Below, piece by piece: positions 32,034 to 42,243 of a stretch of 64,000 nucleotides of DNA. The notes below the pieces were generated by a model, which was not told the DNA's origin, searched no databases, and saw nothing but the letters and a program-made list of their open reading frames with translations. Both the position numbers and the translations under genes were made by a program. This DNA is from Polyangiales bacterium. GTDB taxonomy: Bacteria; Myxococcota_A; Polyangia; Polyangiales; JADJQN01. Position 1 is the first letter of the stretch. Each line of letters opens with the position of its first letter. The stretch lies in NCBI GenBank assembly GCA_964202905.1, contig CAXNJO010000001.1, forward strand, positions 192,001 through 256,000, in the 5' to 3' direction.

Positions 32034-33600
32034 TGATCTGTCTCCGCTTCCGGTAGTTTTGCGATTTGTTGTGGAATTGCTTGAACTCAATGGTGATCTG
32101 CTTGTGCTGCGCGCCCTCTCTGAAGTCCGCAATCACGTCGTAGAGGTCGCTGTCGATGAAGATGGCCTTCGTTCCATCGATGATGACGCTGGACTGCGCG
32201 GGGAGTGATGCGAGTTTGTCTTTCAGTTCGGACTTGTTGACAAACGACGCGTCCTTGTTGAAGCGCAGCAGGTACATCGAGTCCTGTTGGACCAGCGTGA
32301 ACGCCGCATGGTGGTTCGTGCGGATCACGAAGATCACGCCGAACACCACGCCGATCAGCACGCCGATCAAGAGATCGGTAAAGACGATGGCCAGGACGGT
32401 GACGATGAAGGGAATGAACTGATCGAGGCCGGCTTTCCATGAGTCGCGGTATAGCGCGGGCTTGGTGAGCTTGTAGCCGACCATCAGCAGGACCGCGGCC
32501 AAGCTGGCCAGCGGGATCCGATTCAGCAGGCCCGGAATCGCCACTACGCAGACCAGCAGGAGCAGTCCGTGGATAAAGGCGGACCACCGCGATCGGGCGC
32601 CGGCGTAGACGTTGGCCGAGCTGCGCACGATGACCGCCGTTACCGGCAGACCGCCAAGCATGCCGGCGGCGATGTTGCCCACGCCTTGGGCCAGCAGTTC
32701 GCGGTCGGGATTGGAAATGCGTCGCTGCGGATCCAGTTTGTCGGAGGCTTCGAGCGAGAGCAGCGATTCAACGCTCGCGACAATGGCGAGCGTCAGCCCT
32801 GTCGAATAGATCCGTCGATCAGTCCAGCGTGACCAATCCGGTCCGGACAGCTGCGCTAGCAGTTCGGCCGGCCCGCCGGCGGGCAGCGTGACGAGATGGC
32901 CGTCTTCGGCGCGCAGGAAGAAGTCTGGCGAGACGGCCTGGAACAGTCCGTTCAGCAGGATGCCGACTGCCACGACGATCAGCGCGCCGGGCACCATGGC
33001 GAGCGACTTCCGTGACTTGACCCACGAGGTGTCCCACGCGAGCAGGATGGCCAGGGAGATGAGCGAAATGAGGATCGCCTCCCCGTTCGCCGATACGATG
33101 GCATCCGACACGTCGGACAGCGTGGTGGACGCTCCATCCGCTGAGCGGAAGAAATCGAAGTCTCCCTCGTAGCCGGTGTCGCGACCGAGGGCGTGCGGAA
33201 TTTGCTTCAGGATGATGACGACGCCGATTGCCGCCAGCATGCCCTTGATCACGGCGTTGGGGACGTAGTTGGCGATACGCCCGGCACGCAGCAACCCGAA
33301 GCCCACCTGCGCCACACCGGCGACCAACACCGCCAGCAGAAACGCTGGAAAGGAGCCCAGCGACTGAATCGCCGTGGCGACGATCACCGCGAGGCCGGCG
33401 GCCGGTCCGCTCACACTCACCGACGAGGCGGAGAGCAGCGAGACGATCAGTCCGCCGATGATGCCGGAGATGATGCCGGAGAAGAGCGGCGCGCCGGATG
33501 CGAGCGCGATACCGAGGCACAGCGGCAGCGCGACCAGGAACACGACCAGCCCCGCCGGCGCGTCGTCCGCCAGCGACATCCTTCTATCTTGTACTGACAT
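32020..33600 (-). CDS. SulP/SLC26 family anion (probably bicarbonate) transporter
   Basis: '[22 protein letters not shown]', 'SVSGPAAGL', 'ELLAQGVGN', 'VIVRSSAN'. Overlaps the can start; its ATG overlaps the upstream TGA. Confidence 0.93.
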
Positions 33601-34245
33601 CAATGTCCTCTTGCCCCTGCGTCACGATCGCGCGGGTCGGCGGCCCCTTGGCGTTCACGAAGATCGAGTGTGCGGTGCCCTGATTTCCGCCGAGTCGCAC
33701 GGTGTGCCCCATGGCTTCCAGCGCTTTTACCGTTTCCGGTGACGTGCCGTTGCGCTCGATGGTGCTCACGTTGGGCAACCACTGGTGATGCATCCGCGGC
33801 GCGTTCACGGCGTCCTGCACGGGCATCTGGAAGTCGATGAGGTTGAGCACCGCTTCCATGACGGTGTTGATGGTAGTGCGTCCACCGGGGCTGCCGACCA
33901 CGGCCACGAGCTTGCCGTCCTTGGCGAGAATCATCGGCGTCATACTGGAGAGCATGCGCTTGCCGGGCTGCGCGATGTTGGGCTTGGTGCCTACCAGGCC
34001 GGTGCTGTCGGTGAGACAGGGCTTGCCGTTGAAGTCACCCATTTCGTTGTTGAGGAGGAAGCCGGCGCCGTTCACCATCGCCCCCAACCCGTAGCCGGCT
34101 TCGAGCGTGTAGGTGGCCGAGACGGCCATACCGTCCTTGTCGACCACCGAGTAGTGCGTGGTCTCGTCGCTCTCGTAGCCCTGAGCCACATCCGCGGGTG
34201 ATGACGGCGACGCTTTGTCTTTCACGATCGTGCCGCGCATTTTCG
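33600..34245 (-). pseudogene. ggt: Gamma-glutamyltranspeptidase 3' fragment (small subunit), truncated by ISL3 and frameshifted near its end
   Basis: 'ESDETTHYSVVD', 'LNNEMGDF', 'PGKRMLSSMTP', 'GSPGG', 'PRMHHQWLP'. The terminal '[15 protein letters not shown]' lies in another frame, and the large subunit is missing. Confidence 0.9.
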
Positions 34246-35165
34246 GGCTCCCCTGCCGCATCCGTGGGTCGGATGCGCTGACGTAGAAGGCGCACATCCC
34301 CGCTGTCCGTCACGCTGGCGTTGTCTAGACCCAAGGCAACGGGAGCGGGAATGCGCAGGGAGAGAGTATGGGCTCGGCTCGCGTCCGTCGAGGGCGCGCG
34401 CGTGGTCGACGTGCACACCGAGGAGGACGGCGATGCGGTCGAGGTCGTGGTCGGCGTTCGGATCTGCCGACAGGACGAGAGTCGCTGCGGGATCTGCCGT
34501 CGGCGCTGCCCTGGGTACGACGCGGGCCATGGCCTTCGACGCTGGCGTTCGCTCGACCTGGGAGTCGTGCGGGTGAGCATCGAGTCTGCCGCGCCGCGCG
34601 TCTGCATGGACCGATTCCACGTCGTGGCGTGGGCGACGAAGGCTCTGGACGAGGTGCGCCGGACGCTGTGGAACGAGCTGCGCGTCGCGGGAAAGAGGGT
34701 GCTCGCGAAGAGCCTCAAAGGGATGCGATGGGCGATCGTGAAGAACCCCGAGAACCTCACGGAGCGCCAGCAGAGCAAGCTCGGCGAGCTCGAGCGCACG
34801 AACCGTCGTCTCTACCGCGCGTATCTGCTCAAGGAGAAACTGCGAGGAATCTTCCAAGAGCATCCCGACTTCGGGCCAATGCTGATCGACGACTGGATAG
34901 CGAGGGCGAAGCGCTCGGGAATCACACCCTTCGTGAAGGTGGCCAACAGCGTGCTGGATAACCGACAAGCCATCATCGACGCGCTCGACACCGAACTCTC
35001 GAACACGCGAATCGAGGCGGCGAACACCAAGATCCGGTTGCTCACCAGGATGGCATTCGGTTTCCACTCGGCTCACGCGCTGATCAGCCTTGCGATGCTA
35101 CGGCTTGGCGGCATCTGCCCACCTCTTCCGGGGCGCAAATGACCCACGGATCGGTCAGGAGATCC
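34246..35165 (+). mobile_element. Internally deleted ISL3-family element (920 bp) with both IRs
   Basis: Left GGCTCCCCTGCCGCATCCGTGGGTC versus right (reverse complement) GGATCTCCTGACCGATCCGTGGGTC. The transposase ORF (to 35142) has the zinc finger 'CGICRRRC...RRWRSLDLG...PRVC' fused directly to 'MDRFHVV', plus 'SNTRIEAANTKIRL'. Confidence 0.88.
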
Positions 35166-35345
35166 CTTCTCCCCACTCCCACCCACCAAGGAATCCGAGA
35201 CATCACAATATCGTGATCCGCAAACCACCTGTCGCGACCGCCCCTCCGGAACACTCCCCTCCCGCCGGCGGGCGGGAGGGGCGGAGGGTGGGGAAAAACC
35301 TGCGGGGAGGGTGGGGAAAAACCTGCGGGGAGGGTGGGGAAAAAC
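35166..35345 (-). repeat. Composite intergenic repeat, copy E (inverted)
   Basis: On the minus strand it starts right after the htpG stop: 23-bp units ggtttttccccaccctccccgca, the hairpin, the identical 30-bp core (35218-35247) and a tctcggattcctt tail. Confidence 0.92.
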
Positions 35346-37286
35346 TCAGATAAAACGAGAAAGCGCCGCATTCAGCGCCTGACTGAACACCGCCGGATCG
35401 TGCACCGGGCTGCCCTCGGCAATGAGCGCCTGCGCCAAGAGCAATTGAATCGCCTGCGAAACGGCGGGCCCGGTGTCGCCGGCCGCGACCTTCGACGCGA
35501 GCGCGGTGATCACGGGGTGCGTGGGATTGAGCTCGAGGACGCGCTTGGTGGCGGGCATCGCGGCGCCGTCGCGGCTCGCGCGGATGAGGCGCTCGAGCTG
35601 CGGGGAGAGGCCGCCGTCGGGGACGACGAGGCAGACGGGTGAGTCGGTGAGGCGGTCGCTCGGGCGCACCTCGCTCACGTACTCGGTGAGCTGCGCCAGG
35701 ATGTACTCGCGGAGGGCGCGCGTGTCCTCTTCGGCCTTGGCCTTGACCTCGGGGGCCGTGGATTCGCCCTCGAGCGAGAGGTCCGCGGCGCTCACCGAGA
35801 CGAGCGGCGTGCCCTCGAACTCGCGCAGGCCCGCGACGGCCCAGTGGTCGACGGAGTCGGTCATGAGCAGCACCTCGTAGCCGCGGGCGCGCAGGCCCTC
35901 GAGGTGCGGGCTCGCGAGGAGCGCGCGGCGGTCGGTGCCGAGCGCGTAATAGAGCGCTTTCTGGCCCTCCTTGAGGCGCGACTTCGCGTCGGCGAGCGAG
36001 GTGAGGCCTTCGACGGCCGTCGACTCGTAGCGCACGAGCTTCGCGAGGCGCGCGGCGTGCTCGGGCTCGAAGTGCAGGCCCTCCTTGAGCACCGCGCCGA
36101 AGGTGCGCGTGAACTTGGCGAAGTCGTCGGGGCGCTCGCGCGCGAGCTGTTCGAGCGCGTCGAGCGTCTGCTTGATCACCTGCTTGCGGATCGTGCGGAC
36201 GATGCGCGAGTCCTGGAGCAGCTCGCGGCTCACGTTGAGCGGGAGGTCTTCGCTGTCGACGACGCCGCGCACGAAGCGGAGCCAGCGCGGGAGCACGGCG
36301 TCGGCGTCCTCGAGCACGAAGACGCGCTTCACGTAGAGGCGCAGGCCCTTCTCGGCGTCGGGGTCGAAGAGGTCGAAGGGCGCGCGCGAGGGGATGAAGA
36401 TCAGGCCCGTGAACTCCGTCGCGCCCTCGGCCTTGAAGTGGCGATGACAGAGCGGCTTCTCGAAGTCGTGCGCGAGGTGGCGGTAGAGCTCGTCGAGCTG
36501 CTCGGGCGTGACCTCGGACTGCGCGCGCTGCCAGAGCGGCGCGCCGCGGTTGAGGGCGCGGTACGTTACCTCGGCGGGTGCGTCGCCCTCGCCTTCGGCG
36601 GTACTCGGGCGCTCCTCGCGCAGCTCGATCGGGTATTGCAGGTAGTCGGAGTAGCGCTGCACGAGCTGCTGGAGCTGCCAGGCCTTCAGGTACTCGTCCT
36701 TCGCCTCGGCCTTGAGGTGCAGCACGACGCTCGTGCCCTGCGTCTCGCGCGCGGCGGGCGCGAGCGTGAAGCTGCCGCGCGCTTCGCTCTCCCACTGCCA
36801 CGCCTCGTCGCTGCCGGCCGCGCGGCTCACGACGGTGACGCGGTCGGCGGCGAGGAACGCGCTGTAGAAGCCGACGCCGAACTGCCCGATCAGCGAGAGA
36901 TCGCCCTTTTTCCCGGCGGCTTCGGCCTGCTTCGCGATCTCACGCGTGCCCGAGCGCGCGATGGTGCCGAGGTGCGAGACGAGCTCGTCGCGGCTCATAC
37001 CGACACCATTGTCGGAGATGGTGAGTGTCCCGGCGGCCTCGTCCGGCTCGAGGCGCACGCGCAGCGTGGTGCCCTCGGGGAGCAGGCCCGCCTCGGTGAG
37101 CGCGCGGAAGCGCAGTTTGTCGAGCGCGTCGGTGGCGTTCGAGACGAGCTCGCGGAGGAAGATCTCGCGGTTCGAGTAGAGCGACTCGATCACGAGGCGC
37201 AGGACGCTGTCGACCTCGGCCTCGAAGCGGTGGGTGGTGGCCTCGGGCTGCTCGGGGGTGGCGCTGACGGAGACGGATTCGCTCAT
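35346..37286 (-). CDS. htpG: Molecular chaperone HtpG (Hsp90)
   Basis: 'SLYSNREIFLRELVSNATDA', 'DNGVGM', 'LIGQFGVGFYSAF', 'GVVDSEDLPLNVSRELLQ', 'LELNPTHP'. Confidence 0.97.
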   Translation of the reverse strand: MSESVSVSATPEQPEATTHRFEAEVDSVLRLVIESLYSNREIFLRELVSNATDALDKLRFRALTEAGLLPEGTTLRVRLEPDEAAGTLTISDNGVGMSRDELVSHLGTIARSGTREIAKQAEAAGKKGDLSLIGQFGVGFYSAFLAADRVTVVSRAAGSDEAWQWESEARGSFTLAPAARETQGTSVVLHLKAEAKDEYLKAWQLQQLVQRYSDYLQYPIELREERPSTAEGEGDAPAEVTYRALNRGAPLWQRAQSEVTPEQLDELYRHLAHDFEKPLCHRHFKAEGATEFTGLIFIPSRAPFDLFDPDAEKGLRLYVKRVFVLEDADAVLPRWLRFVRGVVDSEDLPLNVSRELLQDSRIVRTIRKQVIKQTLDALEQLARERPDDFAKFTRTFGAVLKEGLHFEPEHAARLAKLVRYESTAVEGLTSLADAKSRLKEGQKALYYALGTDRRALLASPHLEGLRARGYEVLLMTDSVDHWAVAGLREFEGTPLVSVSAADLSLEGESTAPEVKAKAEEDTRALREYILAQLTEYVSEVRPSDRLTDSPVCLVVPDGGLSPQLERLIRASRDGAAMPATKRVLELNPTHPVITALASKVAAGDTGPAVSQAIQLLLAQALIAEGSPVHDPAVFSQALNAALSRFI

Positions 37287-37359
37287 CGTGACCTCGGGTT
37301 CGGCGCGGCGCGGACTCGGGCGCGCGCGGGCGGGACGGTCACCATCGGCGCGGGCCGCG

Positions 37360-38514
37360 TCAAGGGGCGTCGGGGTGGAGCACGCAGCCGCCCGTCACCG
37401 CGCCGCGCCACTTGGCCTCCATCGCCGCGCGGAACTCGCGCAGCGGGAAGACGTGCGAGACGTGCGGACGCAGCGTGCCCTCGGCGGCCCAGGCGAGGAT
37501 CTGCGCGAGGCGGGGCGCGCGCGTGGACGGATCGTGCGCGGTCGAGATGGCCGTGGGGCAGCCGAGCACGTCGAGGCTCTTCATGAGTACGAGGTTCGTC
37601 GGCAGCAGGTTCACGCGGGGCGCGCCGCGCTGGCCGCGGCCGTTGGCCACATCGGGCGTCGAGGCCCAGCCCACGATCAGGAAACGCGCACCGAAGCGCA
37701 CGGCGCGCAGGCTCTCGATCGACACCTCGCCGCCGACGCCGTCGTACACCACGTCCACGCCGCGCCCGCCCGTGAGGGCCTTCACCTCCGCGGCGAACGC
37801 ACGCGGCGCGCCGTCGTCGTCCGCGACGCGCACCGCGTGATCGGCGCCCTCGCGGCGCACGATGTCGAGTTTGGCCTGCGTGCGGCCGGTCGCGATCACC
37901 GTCGCGCCGAGCCGCTTCGCGAGGTGCACCGCCGCGAGGCCCGTCGCGCCCGAGGCGCCGTGGATGAGCACCGTCTCGCCGGCCTGCACGCGGCCGCGCG
38001 TCACGAGGCAGTGCCACGCCGTTTCGTAGTTGCCGAGCAGGTTGCACGCCTGATCGAAGGAGAGTCCCGCGGGGATGCGGTGCACGGCCTCGGCGGGCGC
38101 GACGGCCCACGTCGCGAAGCCGCCCCACGCGCGGTGCGCGCCGAGCGAGCGCGGCCCCGCGAGGAAGCCGTCAACGAGCACCGCCTCGCCCACCGCGGGC
38201 GCGTCCATCGCCTCTGCGCCGCGCCACGCGACCACGCCCGCGTACTCGAGCCCGGGGACGTAGGGCGGCTGCGGCATGTGCTGGTACTGCCCGCTCGTCA
38301 TGAGCAGGTCGACCCAGCCGACCGACGCGCTGCGCACGGCGAGGACGACGTCGCGCGGGCCGAGCGTGGCCGGGTCGGGCGCGTCCATCGGCACGAGCGC
38401 GGTGCAGCGCGCGATCGCGTCGGGCGGGGACTCGCCGTACTCGGAGACGACGACGCGGACACCCGGCGCGGGGAAGCGGGGCGCGGGGTGCTCGGGGGGC
38501 GAGGCGCTCGACAT
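37360..38514 (-). CDS. NADPH:quinone oxidoreductase family (MDR/zeta-crystallin)
   Basis: 'GQYQ..PQPPYVPGLEYAG', 'LIHGASGATGLAAV', 'GVDVVYDGVGG'. Confidence 0.9.
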   Translation of the reverse strand: MSSASPPEHPAPRFPAPGVRVVVSEYGESPPDAIARCTALVPMDAPDPATLGPRDVVLAVRSASVGWVDLLMTSGQYQHMPQPPYVPGLEYAGVVAWRGAEAMDAPAVGEAVLVDGFLAGPRSLGAHRAWGGFATWAVAPAEAVHRIPAGLSFDQACNLLGNYETAWHCLVTRGRVQAGETVLIHGASGATGLAAVHLAKRLGATVIATGRTQAKLDIVRREGADHAVRVADDDGAPRAFAAEVKALTGGRGVDVVYDGVGGEVSIESLRAVRFGARFLIVGWASTPDVANGRGQRGAPRVNLLPTNLVLMKSLDVLGCPTAISTAHDPSTRAPRLAQILAWAAEGTLRPHVSHVFPLREFRAAMEAKWRGAVTGGCVLHPDAP

Positions 38515-38625
38515 GGGGCGTACTGGACGACGGGCGCGGCGGCGCGCGCAAGGACGAAGCGCGCGGAGCCGGGGTGCGGACGAAGGCGCCGAGATCGCGC
38601 GCGGTGCTGGTACCCTATCGCCACC

Positions 38626-39517
38626 GTGCGTCCCGCTCGTGCCGCCCTGCTCGCCTTCACGCTGCTCTTCGCGTCGTCCGCGGGGCACGCCGCCGCGCAG
38701 GACACGCCGCGGCCCGAGGTGACGCGGCTGCTCCGGGAGGGCGTGGCGCTGCGCGCATCGGGGAAGGATCTCGAGGCGCTCGCGACCTTCGAGCGGGCGT
38801 TGGCGCTCCAGCCGCTCGGCCGCGTGCAGGCGCAGCGCGCGCTCGCCGAGCAGGCGCTCGGCCGCCTCGACGCCGCCGCGCAGCACCTCGAGGAGGCCCT
38901 CGCCTCGACCGATGCGTGGGTCGCACGGAACCGCGCCGACCTCGACGGAGCGCTCGCGACGATCCGCGCACAGCGCCCGCCACCGGCGCCCGCCGACACA
39001 TCGCCGCGAACCAACACGCAGACGAGCGCCACGCGAACGGACGACGCGCAGACGGGTGCGACGCCGCCTGGCGACACGGCGGCCGACGACGCGCAGGGTC
39101 ACGACACCCCGGCCGACGACGCGCAGATCACCACGGAGCAGGGCGCGACCGCGCTGCGAACACCGGGGACGGGCGCCGCGGACGCCACCACGCACCCGCA
39201 CCCCGCGCTGCTCTGGTCCGGCACCGCCGCGACGGTGCTCGGCGCCGCCGGCGCGGTCGTCGCCGCCGCGCTCGCATCGACGACGACGACGCGACTACGA
39301 CGCGCGCTACGAAGCGCGGGGCTGCGCGTCCGGCGCGGACGAGCGCTGCGATGCGGACTACGCCGACACCCGCCGTCGGCTCGACATGCTCGGCGCGGTC
39401 TTCCACGGCGCGCTCGGGCTCGCGGCGATCGGCGGCGCGCTCACGCTCGGTGCGTTCGTACTCACGCCAACGGCCAGCACCACCTCGGCCGGACTCCAGC
39501 TGCGAGGGACCTTCTGA
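38626..39517 (+). CDS. Exported TPR-like protein with C-terminal hydrophobic segments; frameshift at about 39295
   Basis: Signal peptide, TPR-like 'EGVALRASGKDLEALATFERALAL', C-terminal 'LQLRGTF'. TGA overlaps the next ATG. Confidence 0.65.
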
Positions 39518-40693
39518 TGCGCGGATCTCGGTGCGCCCTGCTCGCCTCGTCGCTGCTCGCGCTCGCGGGCTGTTGGTCGGTGCGCGCGCCGGGCGAATCG
39601 GCCGACGCCGGACGCGACGCCTCAGCCGACGCCCACACTGGTCCGACCAGTGACGCTGGCATGGACGCTATGGTCAGCACAGATGCAGAAATCGATGGGT
39701 CTTCCGGTGACGACGCTGGTCCGACCAGTGACGGCGGGATGGGCACGGACGCCGGCAGCGACGCGGGATTGGACGGCTGCCGCATCCTCGACCCGCGCGC
39801 CCTCAGCTGCCCGGGAGGCGGGGCGGGATGTGCGCAGCGCGTCGTCGTGGTGCCGGAGTGCGCGCGAGTTTCGAGGTCGGGCGCGACACCGCTCGACGAC
39901 TACGGCGAACCGGCCCGTCGCCGATCGTGGCTCGGCTACCTCGCGCCCTTCGAGACTCGAGATCCGACGAGGTGACCGTGGGCCGGTTCCAGCCGCTGGG
40001 TCGACCGCCGGCAGCGCCCTCAGCGAGACGGTGACGTTCCCCGACCGGCAGGCCGATGACGCCGACGCCCGGGCACGTATGTCGACGGCCGCGACGAACA
40101 CCGGAGTGCACCTACGGTCGGCGCCGACGCGATCGCTGCCGATCAACTGCGTCTCCTGGGACGCGGCGCTCGCCTTCTGCGCGTGGGACGTCCCGGGCGG
40201 GCGCCTGCCCACGGACGTCGAGCGCGAGTACGTCGCGCGCTGGTGGAACGCGACGCCGGCCGAGACGGCCGGGCCGGCTCTTCCCGTGGGGCAGCGAGCG
40301 CGCCTGCGACACCTGCGCGCTACGCGAACGTCCAGCGGCTGCAGCGCGACCCACGCAGCTCCATCCCCGTGGCGCCCAGCCTCGCGCCGGCGCCCAGTGC
40401 CTGAACGACCTCGCGGGCAACGTCGCGGAGTGGACGGCCGACGACTGTCGGGACGAGCGACGACGTCCCCGCGTCCCTGCGCCCCGCGTGCTGGGGCCCG
40501 AGGCCGTGGACGTCGCCGGTGTGCCGTGCGTCGCCGGTCGACGACTGCTACGCCGTCCGCGGCGGCGCGTGGAGCGACGACTCCGGCGCCGAGCTGGCTG
40601 CGCACGAGCGCGCGCGGCGCGGTGAACCGCTTCTCGACGCGGCCGGCCGACGGCTTCCGCTGCGCACGAAGCGCGCCCGCGGCGGTGCCATGA
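39517..40693 (+). pseudogene. FGE/SUMF1 (formylglycine-generating-enzyme-like) domain lipoprotein, multiply frameshifted
   Basis: Lipobox 'LAGC'. Motifs spread over frames: 'PINCVSWDAALAFCAW..GGRLPT', 'FPWG', 'DLAGNVAEW', 'RGGAW', 'GFRCAR'. Confidence 0.75.
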
Positions 40694-40753
40694 CGGCGGG
40701 GCGCGACGGCGTGCCATGCCTGCGCCAGCGCACGGGCTGCTAGAGTCGCGCGC

Positions 40754-42243
40754 GTGACGGGGGAGGCCGACGCGCCGCGCATCGCCGGCAAGTACAAGCT
40801 CGGGCGCCTGCTCGGACGCGGCGGCATGGGCAGCGTGTACGCGGGCGAGCACGTCGTCACCGGGCGCGCGGTCGCGATCAAGCACATGGCGCGCGAGCTG
40901 GCGGTCCGCGAGGACGCGCGGCGCCGCTTCGTGCGGGAGGCGCAGGCGGTCGGTCGGCTCGAGCACCCGAACGTCGTCGAGGTGCTCGACGCGGGCGTCG
41001 ACGAGGCGGATGGCGTCCCCTACGTCGTGCAGTCGCTGCTGCGCGGGGCGACGCTGCGCGCGTACATGACGCGGCACCCGCAGCCGGGGAGCGTCGTCGC
41101 GATCGGGCTCGTGCTGCCCATCCTGCGCGCGCTCGCGGCCGCGCACGAGGCGGGGCTCGTGCACCGCGACGTGAAGCCGAGCAACGTCTTCCTCGCGCAG
41201 GTGGCCGACCTCGGTGGGGATCGCGTCATCCCGAAGCTCCTCGACTTCGGGATCTCGAAGTTCACGGACGCGCGCCCCGAGGAAGCGACCCAGCTCACGG
41301 ACACCGGCGCGGCCGTCGGGACGGCCTCGTACATGTCGCCCGAGCAGGCGAGCGCCGAGCGCGACGTGGACGGGCGCGCGGATGTCTGGGCCATCGGCGT
41401 GATGCTCTACGAGCTGCTCGCGGGCGAGCGCCCCTTCGAGGCGGCGAGCGCACCGCTCATCCTGCTCAAGGTCATCTCGCAGGATCCGGCGCGGCTCGAG
41501 ACGCGCGCGGTCGCGCTGCGCACCGACCTCGCCGACATCGTGCACCGCGCCCTCGCGCGGGACCGCGACGCGCGCTGGCCGAACGCGCGCGCCTTCCACG
41601 ACGCGCTCGCCGAGGCGATCGGCGCGACGACGCGCGAGCCCTGGGCCGTCGCGCCGGGGATCGAATCGGTCACGGCCGCCGTCGAGGCCGAGGTCGACGC
41701 GGGCATCTTCTCGGTCGCCGGCTCCCCATCACGGCCGCTGGCGAGCACGGTCGGTGAGCGGCCGACGAGTCGCGGTTCGACGGGGCGTGCGTCCGTGGTC
41801 GAGGAGGCTTCACGACGACGCGTGCGCGTCGCCGTCGCCGTGGGTCTCATCGCTGCCGCGCTCGGCTTTGCGGGGACGTGGCTCGTCGCACGCCGCGGTG
41901 GCGAGGCCACACGCGCACGCTACGCCGATGCGCCGAGCACGCGGCGGAACGACCGCGACCGAACACCGCAGCGGCAACGCCCTCCCTGCACGCCCACCGA
42001 ACCGACGCGCCCGACGCCTCGTCGTGGAGCCGTCGGCGCCCGTCGACGCCGCGCGGAACAGCGCCTGTCATCGCCAGCGACTGCCCGTGGTCGCCGACGC
42101 CCGCCGGGCCACCTGCCGCCCCGATCCCACGCGAGCGTCCAGCCCCGCGACGACAGCGCGCCGCGTGCCGCGGCCACGCCGCGACGCCGGGCGACGCGCC
42201 GCGTGTCGGCACGCGCGGCGCACCGATCCTCAGCGCCGACTGA
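40754..42243 (+). CDS. Ser/Thr protein kinase (Pkn2-type) with TM segment; 3' end frameshifted, end coordinate approximate
   Basis: 'LGRGGMGSVY', 'VAIK', 'HRDVKPSN', 'LLDFGISK', 'GTASYMSPEQ', 'DVWAIG'. Confidence 0.9.

Noticed and set aside
39517..40693. Diversity-generating retroelement target (FGE-type CLec fold)
   Set aside because: No reverse transcriptase or template repeat was seen in the window, and the damage is indels rather than adenine-specific substitutions.
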